Origin: Mizuhopecten yessoensis | Taxonomy: Eukaryota | Assembly (NCBI RefSeq): GCF_002113885.1 | Contig: NW_018404083.1 | Coordinates: 944,546 to 1,008,545 of the forward strand | Length of the DNA stretch: 64,000 nucleotides | Direction: 5' to 3' | Position numbers and translations under genes: made by a program | The notes under the pieces: model-generated | Databases searched by the model: none | The model's input: the letters and a program-made list of their open reading frames with translations, nothing else | What the model was told of the DNA's origin: nothing | In this document: positions 52,640 to 64,000 of the stretch, in pieces | Layout of the letters: every line of letters starts with the position of its first letter | Position numbering within the stretch: the stretch's first letter is position 1

Positions 52640-52990
52640 TGTGGTCGGTGTTCAGCTTGTCCATCATATTATTGGTATACCCAAGAAGGTAAATGTGCAC
52701 TTGTATTGGCCAATTAGCGCTTCTGATGTTTTCTTCGCTTAGTTTCCTGGACCTTTACTTGAAATTTAATCTACAGGGACGCCTCACAGTTAGGCTCCAA
52801 CATCCGATCATAATATTTCCCTTTATTGATAGTAGCCTCTCTGTTCCCCAACCTGCGGTGCTAGTATGTCAAATCGGATTCGGCATTTATGGGTTTAACC
52901 AAATATTACTTTTACTGTGATGGATGACGAAGTTTATGATGATTATGGACAAGCTTGATAGTCGCCGGTTTGATCTCAATCGGAAATAAT
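52640..52990 (+). mobile_element. Decayed Penelope-like RT C-terminal fragment
   Basis: SFLDLYLKFNLQGRLTVRL..IIFPFIDSS resembles the PLE motif SYLDL...GRLxTxLYDK...VNFPFLxSNIP. Confidence 0.6.
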
Positions 52991-55900
52991 ATATTTCTTT
53001 GCCCGAAATGAATATTGATGATTTCGATTTGAGTCAGAAGTGTGCGTTATGCTTTCGCTGTCACTACTCCAGTTATATTTGAAAACGCGACATTTCTTTG
53101 ATTTGACTTTGATTACGATTGCGCATGCCGCCGACGAAGCAAACAATATTTTGTTTTTGTATGACCTAGACTTTATCAATACTTTTTATGTGTCCGATAA
53201 ACTGATTTGTTTCCTTTTTTCAGCATAGTACTCTATCTCACTTTATGTGGTTTACAATTCTTAGAAAATGTGAAGGAAACATTCCAATTTTTCCTGAAGC
53301 TCAACTAACCTTGTCATCCTTAATTTTACCTTTTTGAAAATTGTCTATCAAAATATTACATAAAACTCATGAATCATAACCAAAATAGTGAAAATTAGTT
53401 TTAAAAGTGGAAATAATACATTGGATATTGCGGTAGACCGTACGTAAAGAGTGATGATTTTACCCTGCCAATTAAGTTACTACACGCTCTGAATTACACT
53501 GCTGAATAAGGTCACTGGGTTACTAAAACGGTAGTTTCTGATGTTGGAATGTAGACTACATATTTTGTAGACAATTACAGACTACTTAATGAAAATAGAT
53601 GTCTTGCTAAATGTCAAATGTCCCCCTTACCATCAATACGTATAAAACAATAACAAATATTAATCTGATTAGAAATGAAATACATACTTTAAAAGTAATT
53701 AAAAAAAGACAAGGATTATACAGATTTTCAGGTAAAATCGCATGCGTATTTTACTTACATCAACTGTTTGGGAATTTTGATAAGTTCTAACAATGTGGGA
53801 GATTTACGTAAGAAATGCAAGATAAGCGATCTCCAGTGTCTATAAAAATGACCCAAAGATTAAACTTCTGCTCAAACACATTTTATTCAAATAGAACACA
53901 ATACATATTTGATTATAGGGTTATGAAGTATATCGGTCACAACGATCTATTTTCGCTTTCATATAAGTTATTAGTACACTCGCGTTATTTGGCTTAATTT
54001 GTAGAGAGGTCGTCTGGTGAAAACTTCTTATACTTCTCTTTTATTACAAAAAGTTTATTTTATCTTTCCATTAGGATATTTGAATATTGAAAAAAAGTGA
54101 CAAGTTATATCATGTTTATTTGATTGATTGCTTGTTTGAGTGGTTGTACAACTGCTTAACAAGAAAAAAAGATAGAAAGATGAGTAAAAGGGATAAAGAA
54201 GGCAGTGAAGGGACTGAAAGGAATGATGGAAGAAATAATGGGAGCCGTCTATCCATTTAGGTTAACAAGCAATCGTCATTTATGTATTCTAGCTGGATGG
54301 ATTGCTTAGTTCACTTTTATCACAAAGTTTGAATGTAGTATGTGTTTATATTGTATACAGTACTGCTAACGTGACTACAAATATCATAAAAAAAAATAGA
54401 AAAATATCGCAACCTCAGTATACAAATGGAACTCGAACAAAAGTGACATCAATTTTATGATTCAAAGAACATTTAATTTAGATTAAAGGATTGATAGGTC
54501 ACTGCTTATTTCATCCTCTGAAATATTTTTCAACAATAACCTGCATAGTAATGGGGGTTTTTAATTATGAAGCTTCATTTTGAAATTTTGTTTTACGCTA
54601 TTCGTAAACAAGCTTAACTTTTTAATTAATTTTATTTTAAATATTTTTCAAATTTTTCATAAGGGCTTCCTTACTTCATATTACTGGAGATTGGTTTACA
54701 TAATAATGTGGTTATCATGTTAGGAAACATTTTGACATAGATTATCATTCTTAATAAATAAATAAAAAATAAATAATCCTTAGTAAACGACGTGTACTTT
54801 TGTCAACAAACATAAGCTATGTAGAGCTTTTATTACGACGCCGCTAAAGAAACAAATCATGTTTTCGTGGTGGAAGAAAACCCAAGGGGGAAAACCTCCA
54901 TGCCATCGGTGGGATAACAACTAACCCTATCATACAAGCATTCTCTTTTTTCCACCACCGCTGTGGATCAAACCGAAATTCTTGGGAGAGTGAGTGGCCT
55001 GAATTTCACGCTTGATTGCACACAGCAGAAATGACTGCTCGGATTAACGAACACGGCTAACAAGGCACCTTGTTTTGACCGTAGTACCATGCGTTGATTG
55101 ATCCGTCATGAGGAGAAGTGGCCAAATAACGCAATAAATGTCTCCTTTGTTTGACTTTCTGTATCATCAAAACACAATTTTTAAAAAGGTGCTTCAATGC
55201 GTCTTATCTGTCTAGTAATTTTTCTTCATAAGGACAATTTATTGTCGTCGTTGTGAGCTAGTTTCTAGATATAGAATTTAAGTGTCTCCCATTACTAAAT
55301 ATTTGTTCGCAGTTTTCTAGGTCTTTGGTGACTGGTATACTTCTCTTGGATTGGACACGAAAGCAACATGTTGGATGGGAAATGTGTTATACGATCGCGG
55401 TTTCCCTTCCGTAACTCCTGGTCTTCGCTTCTGTATATTTTTGTGGCTAGTTACATCTTTCGTTTTGTTTTTAGGTTTCTTTGGGCCCTGTTTCATTCTT
55501 TTTTTCTTTTCATCCCGACTTTCAGTTCCACTTTGACCGAGGATGTTGACGCAGTGTTATATTTTCTCTACCCATCGCATTGCTATATTCTTTCAATGGA
55601 CTTTTTCTTGAAACTTTCTGCTAGATAATCTACGCATTGTGATGACGTAAATGGCAAAGTAATATATAAAACAAATTAGAAGTTTTTGTAATTTGTAACA
55701 TATATTGATATAGAATATTTACTTTACAATAAAATGGACGTTAATAGATAAAGCCCAAATACTCCACTGAGCTGTATTTATTTATAAAAAAAAGACAAAA
55801 ATATAATAAATAGAAAATAAAACAACATTTAATCTGGTTTGACAAAGCATTTTCAAATACAAACAGATAAAAGACATTTGTATATCAAAGAAAAACTTAA

Positions 55901-56305
55901 AGATGATATTGCGTATGAGTTTCGTCACTTTATATGACTTATTATGAGGGAAGGTCAGCGGAAAGGGCATATAGAGACATGCGCGTTCTCACGTAGTGTA
56001 TTCTTGTGTCTACATACGTCAGAGTCTCCTGATATCAGCAATAAAATGTGCCACAAACGTCAGCTTCATAATTATAGCTTGTCAAAAACTGCTGGCTGAT
56101 ACACGACTATTAAGGTGTAAGATCTTGCTCCATCCGTTGTATTTACATAAATTCAGCTTTAAATGTCATGGTCCTGTTTTGACGATTCGTCTTGTGATAA
56201 TTAGTGTTGCATGATGAGTGAAGCTAAAATGATATATTGCGCGACTCAAATTATATGGAGTTTCGATGTTGTATTTGTATATGTCATTCGTCTAAACGAT
56301 ATTAA

Positions 56306-56634
56306 GGATCCCCGTACCACTGCAAAAAAAGAACATGTATTGAAAATATTTTGTCCGGCATTACTATATCTTCGACAAATAATTTCTAAAAAGAAAACTA
56401 TACCTTGTGTGTTTTTTTTAGAAAAAACAATAAAGGTGACAGTGAGTGATCTGAACGGGGTCAGACCGAGATTCGAACTCTGGACCTCTTAATGATATAC
56501 TGTCATTCTAACCAACTAAGCTTCCTTGTCAACGGTAGTACCCAGGTCCAACTGTGGTACAGTTATATACACAACGAAATTAAGGGGAGGTTACTGTATC
56601 TACAAAAAACTAGATTGCAGTGAGACAGGGATCC
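56306..56634. mobile_element. Kolobok-like MITE (TTAA TSD, GG termini) with internal tRNA-like module
   Basis: TTAA|GGATCCCCGTACCACTGCAA ... TTGCAGTGAGACAGGGATCC|TTAA (17/20 TIR match). Partial relatives at ~9790-9853, 18017-18300, 19040-19200, 40410-40650 and 62174. Confidence 0.75.
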
Positions 56635-56702
56635 TTAACACAAACTTTTCTGTCCGGAAATAAAATAATTGTAATGAAAAACCAATAATCACCACCTATA
56701 AC

Positions 56703-57240
56703 CTGCCCTGCAGGTAGGGCGTAAGAATTGTACTTGCTGCCCCCAATTGCATGATCGTAAGAGGCGACTAAATTTGGGACCTTATCTCTAATCTCCTTTC
56801 TAAATAACTTTCTTTTTCCTAATGTCTCCCTTGACAATGCCTCACTTTTGGCCATTTGTTGAGCGTTCGCCCCTGTGAGGAAGGCGTTGGGTTCTGTCCC
56901 CTGGCCGAGACATACCAAAGTCTTTAAAAATGGCAGTTTCTACTCCTGCTTAACGCTCTGCAAATAAGGAGTGGGACGACTGGTTCGCCCGTTGTCAGTA
57001 TAATGTGACCGGGTGGGGCGTCCTGCTGGGTGTCTTCGGCAGTATGTTTCAGTGAGGTAGCACTATAAAGTCGGCATCAGTTCCGCGCTATCACAAGGAG
57101 ACAAACACGAACATATCGCAGCCTCCCAAAATACACACACATACACTACACGCATGCATCTTGCACACAGGGGAGGCCGTCCTTAAATGACCTTAGCTGT
57201 TAATAGGACGTTAAACAAAATCAAACAAACAAACAAACAA
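56703..57240 (+). mobile_element. Full-length composite Meta-domain SINE with TSD
   Basis: 12-bp TSD ACCACCTATAAC at 56691-56702 and 57241-57252; leader, decayed tRNA head, Meta core, tail, (CAAA)n. Confidence 0.9.
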
Positions 57241-57361
57241 ACCACCTATAACTCGGTAAAAGCGCATAAACATTTGATATGATCAACAAATTTATGTACA
57301 TTCATATACATAGAATTACATGCATACCTTATTTTATTTAGACAATTGATCTACATCTTTA

Positions 57362-57760
57362 CATCACCCTGGTAAAATAATAACCGCTTCTTGCCGACTC
57401 GGTTTTGGAGAATTACTTTGATCTCATACGATAGAGCGACAGTCTAGTAAAACAGAGGTCCTTACTTCGATCCGTAACGGAGGTATTGCATCGAAAATAC
57501 AATGACCTCTGTTACTTTGGCGGGTACCTAGTGGGAAAGATTGATATAGATACACTTAGCCCGTCTCTCACAAGCATTGCTGTTACCCCTTGAAACATTC
57601 GACTCGAGTTATTTTGAGGGGAAGGGGCGGGGCGGTTGGAGGGAGGGGTGTGTGTGTGTGTGTGTGGGNACCGACTTTGGCAGTGAGAATTTCTCTTCTG
57701 CTCACTCGTTAGAGCGTCAGACTTTTAAGCCGGAAATCCTGGGTTCGGCGCTAGCTGATG
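57362..57760 (+). mobile_element. Old, diverged relative of the tRNA-containing TRIM
   Basis: ACCCTGGTAAA...CTAGTAAAACAGAGGTCC..TTCGATCC..CGGAGG...CTCTGTTAC, then TTGGCG, the shared internal block CACAAGCAT(T/C)GCTGTTACCCCT.GAAA, a purine tract and a partial second LTR. Confidence 0.7.
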
Positions 57761-58000
57761 CACTGCATTCATTTTATAAACTCGCGTATATTTAATCAGC
57801 TGTTATGATAACAATAGAAATATATTCAGTATATTATTCATAAGCATACTCCGTCAGGCAATTTGAAGGCAACGTTGACTTAAATGCATATTGTTTGATA
57901 AAAAGACGACTGACATTATGTTAATTAATGTTGAAAGAACTCAAGCAATGCAGATGCCAACCAAAGAAAGACCGAGCTAATATCAATCCGAATACATCCA

Positions 58001-61000
58001 TCATTCTTTAATGACTTCTAGGTCAGTTCCTATGATAAGCGCATCCTGAAAAATAAAGAAAATGATGTTCATCAGTCTGGAAATATGTAATTTCAAAGTT
58101 TTACCGGCAAATAATTTATTATGTTTCGCGCAAAATAAATACATAAAAATGTAAAAAAATAAAATAATACGTGATGTATTCATTTAGTGAATCGCGACTC
58201 AATGTCCTCGTCAATAAGAACAGAAATATAAGTCCGCGAAAATAAGTGCTCGAGAAATTTAAGTGTTCGACAGTAATAAATGAAATTACCTGGCTCAGTT
58301 GAATGTCAGTGTTTTTGAGTCTAATGTCATCTGACTTTATCAATGGTAATCCTGTTTTGCCCAAACCTACAAATAACAGATAATCATATTAATACAGATC
58401 ATATATGATAAGAGTATTTATTACATACTTACTGATAAATACGTTTTTTTTTGTATATGCGATACGACACAATTGCTCTAACCCATATCAGCCCTCGCCG
58501 TATCACACCCCAAAACCCGTATCAGCCCCCGCCGTATCACACCCCGGTAAAACCCGTATCAGCCCGCAAAACCCATATCACACCCCGTTTGGAAAAAAAC
58601 CTTGTTTTTCAATATTTCAAAAATAAAAATAAATCATAAGACAGTAGTTTTTATTACTAAATATGTAATAAACAGAATAAAACCCGCCTTTTTCCATATC
58701 ACACCCAGTATCAACCCTCGACCAATATCAGCCCTCGGGCCTTCGGCCCTTGGGCTGATATTACAGTCACGGGGTGATACTGGGTGTGATATGGAAAAAG
58801 GCGTGTTTTATTCTCTATGTACATAAATAAACACAAATATTTATATTTGAATATTAGACGACACAACTTATTCCTACATCCTAATTGCTTGGAGCATAAT
58901 CAATTGAAGGGCGGTGATTTGTGATATTGATCCGGTATTAATGTTTTGTTTACGAACTTCAGATTTTTATTCTCTTTATGACGTCATATTAATTGTACCG
59001 TCACAATGGTTTCTGCCAAATGCAGTTCTTTTGATGATTTTATCAGTTCCATACTGTTTAATAATAATAAAAAAACACGACATCATCGAGGTTAATGTAA
59101 CTTTTATGGTTCATATAACCACGTATTCTCCTCAACAAGAGTATATAATTGATAAACATCTCCGTGGTTAATGTATTGTTTTCAACATCGCAATCCGTCA
59201 AGGAAGATCACACTCTTGTACATCCTGCCGGAGTGTGATTGCAGGCAAGAGACGTGGTGGTGACCTTTTTCGGTATTCAATACAGAGCAATAAAGTGAGT
59301 TAATACTATAAAATGACCATTGACCTTTGAACCATGAAATACTAAATCACACTTTCGTCTCTTCAGTGACAGGAAACTGTCTGTGCAAATAAGAACACTC
59401 GCATATTTTCACTCATTATATCAGTATTCAATACAAAGCAATATACATATTATATATAGTACAATAAAAATTGACTGTTGACCTTTGAACCATAAAATAC
59501 TAAAGCATACTATAGTCTCTTCAGAGGAGAGGAGGTGTCTGTGCAAATATTAACACTCGTATACTATCGCTCGGTTTATGTCAATATTGCGCATTTAAGG
59601 TTTACATAATAAGCTTGTATCCATCCAGAAAAACGACCGTTTCTTAGTCAAGAAAAGGTTAAAACTTAAGTATCAATTGGACAATGATATTACCATGTCA
59701 TTCCGACATTAATACATCACTGATTTGCCAGTGATGCCAATAAATGTCAAACGACGTGTTTCAAGTGTTCTGATGCAAAATACTTAACAGTCTTTAAAGA
59801 CAAATGCGTCGACATGAAATGTCAAAAGAAGGTGGAAGAATAGAAATATGTTGAAATGATCAAAGCAAAGAAATGGAACAGGCGCCATGCATATTGTATA
59901 GTAGAAATCGAACAGGGCTCGAAGTATTGAGCGTTTTTAGTCACTTACTTAAAAATGCGGACAAATAAAAACGCTTTCTGAGTACTTACCATCTAACTTC
60001 GGTTTAATGTAGTCTTTTACGATGTTTTGCATGATGAAGTTGAGTGCACGTTCCTGCGGAAAATATATATGTTGGAAATTAGTAACTATGGTAGCGAAAT
60101 AAATATTAATATAAGAAGCACTTGAGTGGTGTCTACGTGTATACAGCCTAAATATTATCATTTTGCAGCATTTCCGTTGATAATAAAAATAATAATGATA
60201 ATTAATAATTGGAGGTTCTTTTTACCGCTTTATCACAACCTCTAAGTTCGTAGGTCGTCTCAAAGCGGTTCACACATTATTATCCGTGGTTATAGGGCCT
60301 TTGCAACCAGCCAATATCTTTCTCTACCCCCCTGGAGAGCAAACAGCCGGTGCTGCCACAGCTATCAACCAACAATTCTAGCACTGCCCAACCACGTACT
60401 CATTTACAGCTGAGTGGACTGGGACAAGCGGAGTGAAGTATCTTGTTCAATGATACAGCACAGTGTCATGATGTGACTCGAACCCGCAACCCTTCGGTCA
60501 CAAGCCCGACATCCTACCACTAGGCTACCGCGCCTCCTTGATGTGTTGAATATGATAAGTTGTTGTCTCTATAATGTTGGACTATTTCACTACTATTATT
60601 TAGGAAACAAAAGTCCATTAACAAATTAAATATTACGTCAAATACAGAGGTCAAATGATGAACTCTTTCTTTAATATAATAAATAAAATGAAAATATGAA
60701 TTTTAACATGTTTATATACAACTGTTATGATACGTTAATAAAAGTGATGAAATGGGTATAGATAATTAAAAAAATTCAAACAAAATGGGTTGAATAATAG
60801 ATATTCGTAAGAATATCGTTAGAAATGTACAGTTTATTAATTAATTCGGTATTATTTGTTCAGTATTCTAACCTGCTCCATTAAACGAAAAATACATAAA
60901 CAATACAGTTTACTCACATATATTGGATGCAGCGTTGAGTTCGATATGCAGACATTGAAACTGTGTAAGAAAAGAATATAAAAAACTATTAACTTATGAA

Positions 61001-63658
61001 ATTTATGAATATATATACAGTTTTGTAATATTGAAATTTTTCTGTATATTGAAATAATCACTTCATTAATTTAGTCTCGAACGTGAGGAATTTTCGGGTT
61101 TTTTTTCAGCAATTTATGTTTTTTACAAATGTATAGATGCAGTTAGTAGGAGTAGCTATTATGTACACAATAATTACAATTACATAATAAACACATTTAA
61201 TGTTGTAATTTATGTTATCAGCACGTTCTCGATTCTAGCAAGTTAATCATACACTAAACAAAAGGGAAAACCAGTTTTTTAGTAAACAATGCAAAATGCA
61301 ATGCATTTCAGGTATTTCCACAAACAGAGGTAGAGTATAATCACGTGCAGGTCTGGGTTTTTTTTGTTGTTTTTTTTACATTTACTCGGTGTTACTAATC
61401 TTTTAAAGCGGGTTAATATTCACTTATGACGTCGTTTCGATTGTAACGTCTCACAAATCCATCACTTTCCTTCGTAAAACTTATCCTACGTTCCACCTTG
61501 TAAAATTACTTAAACATTTTTCAGCGAACTTTAATTTCGATGATAAAGTGGTTATATGAACTGGAGACAGTGATAATGACCTCGATTTCGCGTCGGTCAA
61601 AATCACCTCAACAAATGTCTATAATTCATAAATATACTCACTTCATTTTCTTTAGCTTCGAATGTAGATATCCTTTGGCGTAACTAATGTCTATGACTGA
61701 AGTCATATCCTTCAAATGAAACATAAAAAATAAAAGTTCGATTTGGAAAGACGAAAATATAGTAAAACAGCTGACCCCCTTCTTTGACGAATTTGACAAG
61801 AACACATTTAGATTATTTCTATGGGTATATTGCAACTGAATGTCAAATGTTTGCAGTGAATCTCAGTATTTGTTGTACCAGAAAAATGAGCTCTGTTTCC
61901 TGCCGAGGGATTGTTGATTCTTAATTAGTACGTTTCAGATTCCAGATGTCACTTTGTCTTCCCTTCAGTCAAACCCATTGTAATTACTTTTGCTTCTCGC
62001 TTAAACCACACATAAGAGTGCAGCCTATCGTTTTGAAATCTTCTCAAACATTCTTGATTTTATAAATACGCGTAACTTTTGCTCATTTTGCAATTCATAT
62101 CAGTCGACAAATGAAGTTTTTGGCATTCCTCAACGACATCATTCATCAACGCCATATTTTATTGTGGACTTTTTAAGGATCCCTGTTCCACAGCAATACA
62201 CTTGTAATACACTGAAGAATCCAATATAGTTTTTTTCATTCAAACGGAAACTTCCCTTTATCTTTATGTTAAATATAACTGTAATGGGATCAAAATATAT
62301 ATATAAAAATATGGTCTTTTTGTTTTTGTTTTACAACAATTATGAAACAAATTATTTCAACTTATATTACCTGCTCTTGGACCGGATGTTAGCGCATTAA
62401 ATACGTACCGTATCCATGGTGAAGAGATATTGGCGTTCTGATGCAGAGGTCCTTTTTACATGCATGGTCATTGTTCCGTTCATTGTCAGATGAAGTTTTC
62501 CTTGAATTAGGGCAATATTTGGAGCTTTTCTGGACATCAAATCTACTTCTACAACTTCGTTTGGGAAACTGTGAGTCAGCTAAAACGAAACCAATATAAT
62601 TCATCAGTTTTTAAATAGAGCAACGATATTCCATAGTCCATAGAAGAATTTCGGTTAGGTCGAGTTCATGATAAATTATTTTAATCAAACAAGATTAATT
62701 TATTTGGTCGTCTTTTCACTCACCTGTGGTAAAAATTTCCCGATACACACACTTCCAAACTTGCATGATGTGTTAAGAAATGCGTCATCAAACTGAAATA
62801 AAAGTAAGATATAATATCAAGCTACTCCAACTTAAAAATATAATCGTGAAATTTGTTTTGTTAATATATCTTAATGAATTCATTTTACACATAAAGTAGC
62901 CAAAGTATATATAATGGTAGAAAGTATGAGTGAGCCCCACAATACTTTTTTTGTTCGGAAACTATGATCGTTGTTATCATTGAATGTTTTTTAAATCATT
63001 AAAGTATTATCATTACAGGTTGTGTTTAACTTAGAAAACTGTTATCAGTTTTGGCTGTATCAAACAAGCGTTATCATAGATAACAATCATATAATTTGCA
63101 GAATAAAGTAAAATCCAGGTATACTGCCATCACGTGTTCTGAGAAGGTTTGGCGATAGATTGAAGAAACATATAAAGCAATTCTTAAAACAAAACGAAAA
63201 TAGGTCGGCGGTAATCGAAGTGTCAAATCAAACGAGGGGCGTTATATGGAGATGTTATGGTATGTTGTATAAAACAATGGCCATTATTACTACCCTATGT
63301 GAGTCTCAAGATTATTTATCTTATATTTTTCGAAAACATTAAAAATACGTTTAGTGCTTGAAGATGCCTTTTAAACTGCAGCATTGGTATGGGGTTTTTT
63401 CAAGTGCAAACATGTTCGTTTTAAAATAACTTTTTAAAGATTTGCTGATATGTAAATTAATTGATAAACGGATATACTTACGTCACCGTTTGTTAGAGTC
63501 CTCTTCAATATGCCATGCCTCTCAGCTTGGTAACTCAAAGAGTTAAACATGTAGCCGGACACCCACACGTACACCATCTTGTCGGTGCTGTTGGTATTTG
63601 GAAATGGGCTCGGGTCAAACGGCATTGGTTCAGTAGTATTCTTCCAGTTTACGTTACC
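58001..63658 (-). CDS. LBP/BPI family lipid-binding immune protein, 3' half (8 exons; 5' exons beyond window end)
   Basis: Exons 63482-63658, 62724-62792, 62409-62579, 61642-61709, 60918-60960, 59990-60053, 58290-58366, 58001-58045; phases 0,0,0,2,0,1,0 are consistent. Motifs PMPFDPSPFP, KMVYVWVSGYMFNS, CIGKFLPQL..FPN, GLPL, DALIIGTDL. Confidence 0.9.
58470..58820. mobile_element. Palindromic non-autonomous element (Crypton-like) with short internal repeats
   Basis: AGAATAAAACCCGCCTTTTTCCATATCACACCCAGTATCA and its inverse around the hairpin GCCCTCGGGCCTTCGGCCCTTGGGC; upstream alternating TATCAGCCC/TATCACACCC repeats. Confidence 0.65.
60180..60537 (-). mobile_element. Full-length CORE-SINE
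   Basis: Minus strand: GGAGGCGCGGTAGCCTAGTGGTAGG...GGTTCGAGTC head, CORE domain, L2-like tail, (TTA)n. Confidence 0.85.
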
Positions 63659-63759
63659 CTACAAATTAAACCATTTACGAACTTTTAATAATAGTCTTTA
63701 TTTTTACTTGATGACAAACTTGAGTCAACGACTCCTTTAACATATGGTCAAGTATTTAT

Positions 63760-64000
63760 AAAATATACAATAATTTACAAAATGTACATAAAACAGAGAA
63801 TCAAAAAAATAAAACATGCTGAAATGCAATTGTATACAAAAAAAAATCCACTGCAGTACTTAAGATAAGTCCAGAAAAACTTCTTTGCATTATGTTTAAA
63901 AGACAATGGTGAGGGTGCATTTCTAACATGTTCAGGTAAAATAGTCCATGTATATAGTCCCTGGTAGGTAAAAGATTCCTTAAACATGTTTTGTTTTAAA
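63760..64000 (-). mobile_element. 3' end of CR1/L2 LINE ORF2, decayed
   Basis: FKESFTYQG..TWTILPEHVRNAPSPLSFK matches the typical SFxYxG..LWNxLP..IR..SL.SFK C-terminus. Confidence 0.7.

Noticed and set aside
52976-53179. Weak PAN/apple-like CAI..KCRVFKY peptide
   Set aside because: Too few cysteines and no supporting splice sites or neighbouring exons.
57648-57670. (TG)n run followed by an N inside the old TRIM
   Set aside because: Assembly ambiguity; the junction structure here cannot be trusted.
61500-61560. Candidate LBP/BPI exon after the acceptor-like CTCCAG at 61561
   Set aside because: In-frame stop and no donor; the 43-bp exon at 60918-60960 fits the phases.

Overview
AT-rich, intron-rich eukaryotic genomic DNA, most likely a bivalve mollusc (inferred from tyrosinase architecture and repeat families). 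I reconstructed five spliced protein-coding genes by hand, all on the minus strand, with GT-AG junctions and consistent phases. They are: a TK2/dNK deoxynucleoside kinase (3' end runs off the window), a peroxisomal enoyl-CoA delta-isomerase ending in AKL, two tandem secreted tyrosinases, and the 3' half of an LBP/BPI gene. There is one intact tRNA-Leu(AAG). The rest is a dense set of non-autonomous mobile elements. The most notable are: (1) a complete miniature LTR retrotransposon whose LTRs contain a tRNA-like Pol III promoter, with PBS, PPT and 4-bp TSD; (2) a TSD-bounded composite SINE carrying a long leader upstream of a decayed tRNA head; (3) a TSD-bounded inverted-repeat insertion with a hammerhead ribozyme core; (4) a TTAA-flanked MITE family carrying a tRNA-like module; (5) a Helentron-like element with a 146-bp array. 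Most short ORFs in the supplied track are spurious. Repeat family names come from remembered consensus motifs, not database searches.
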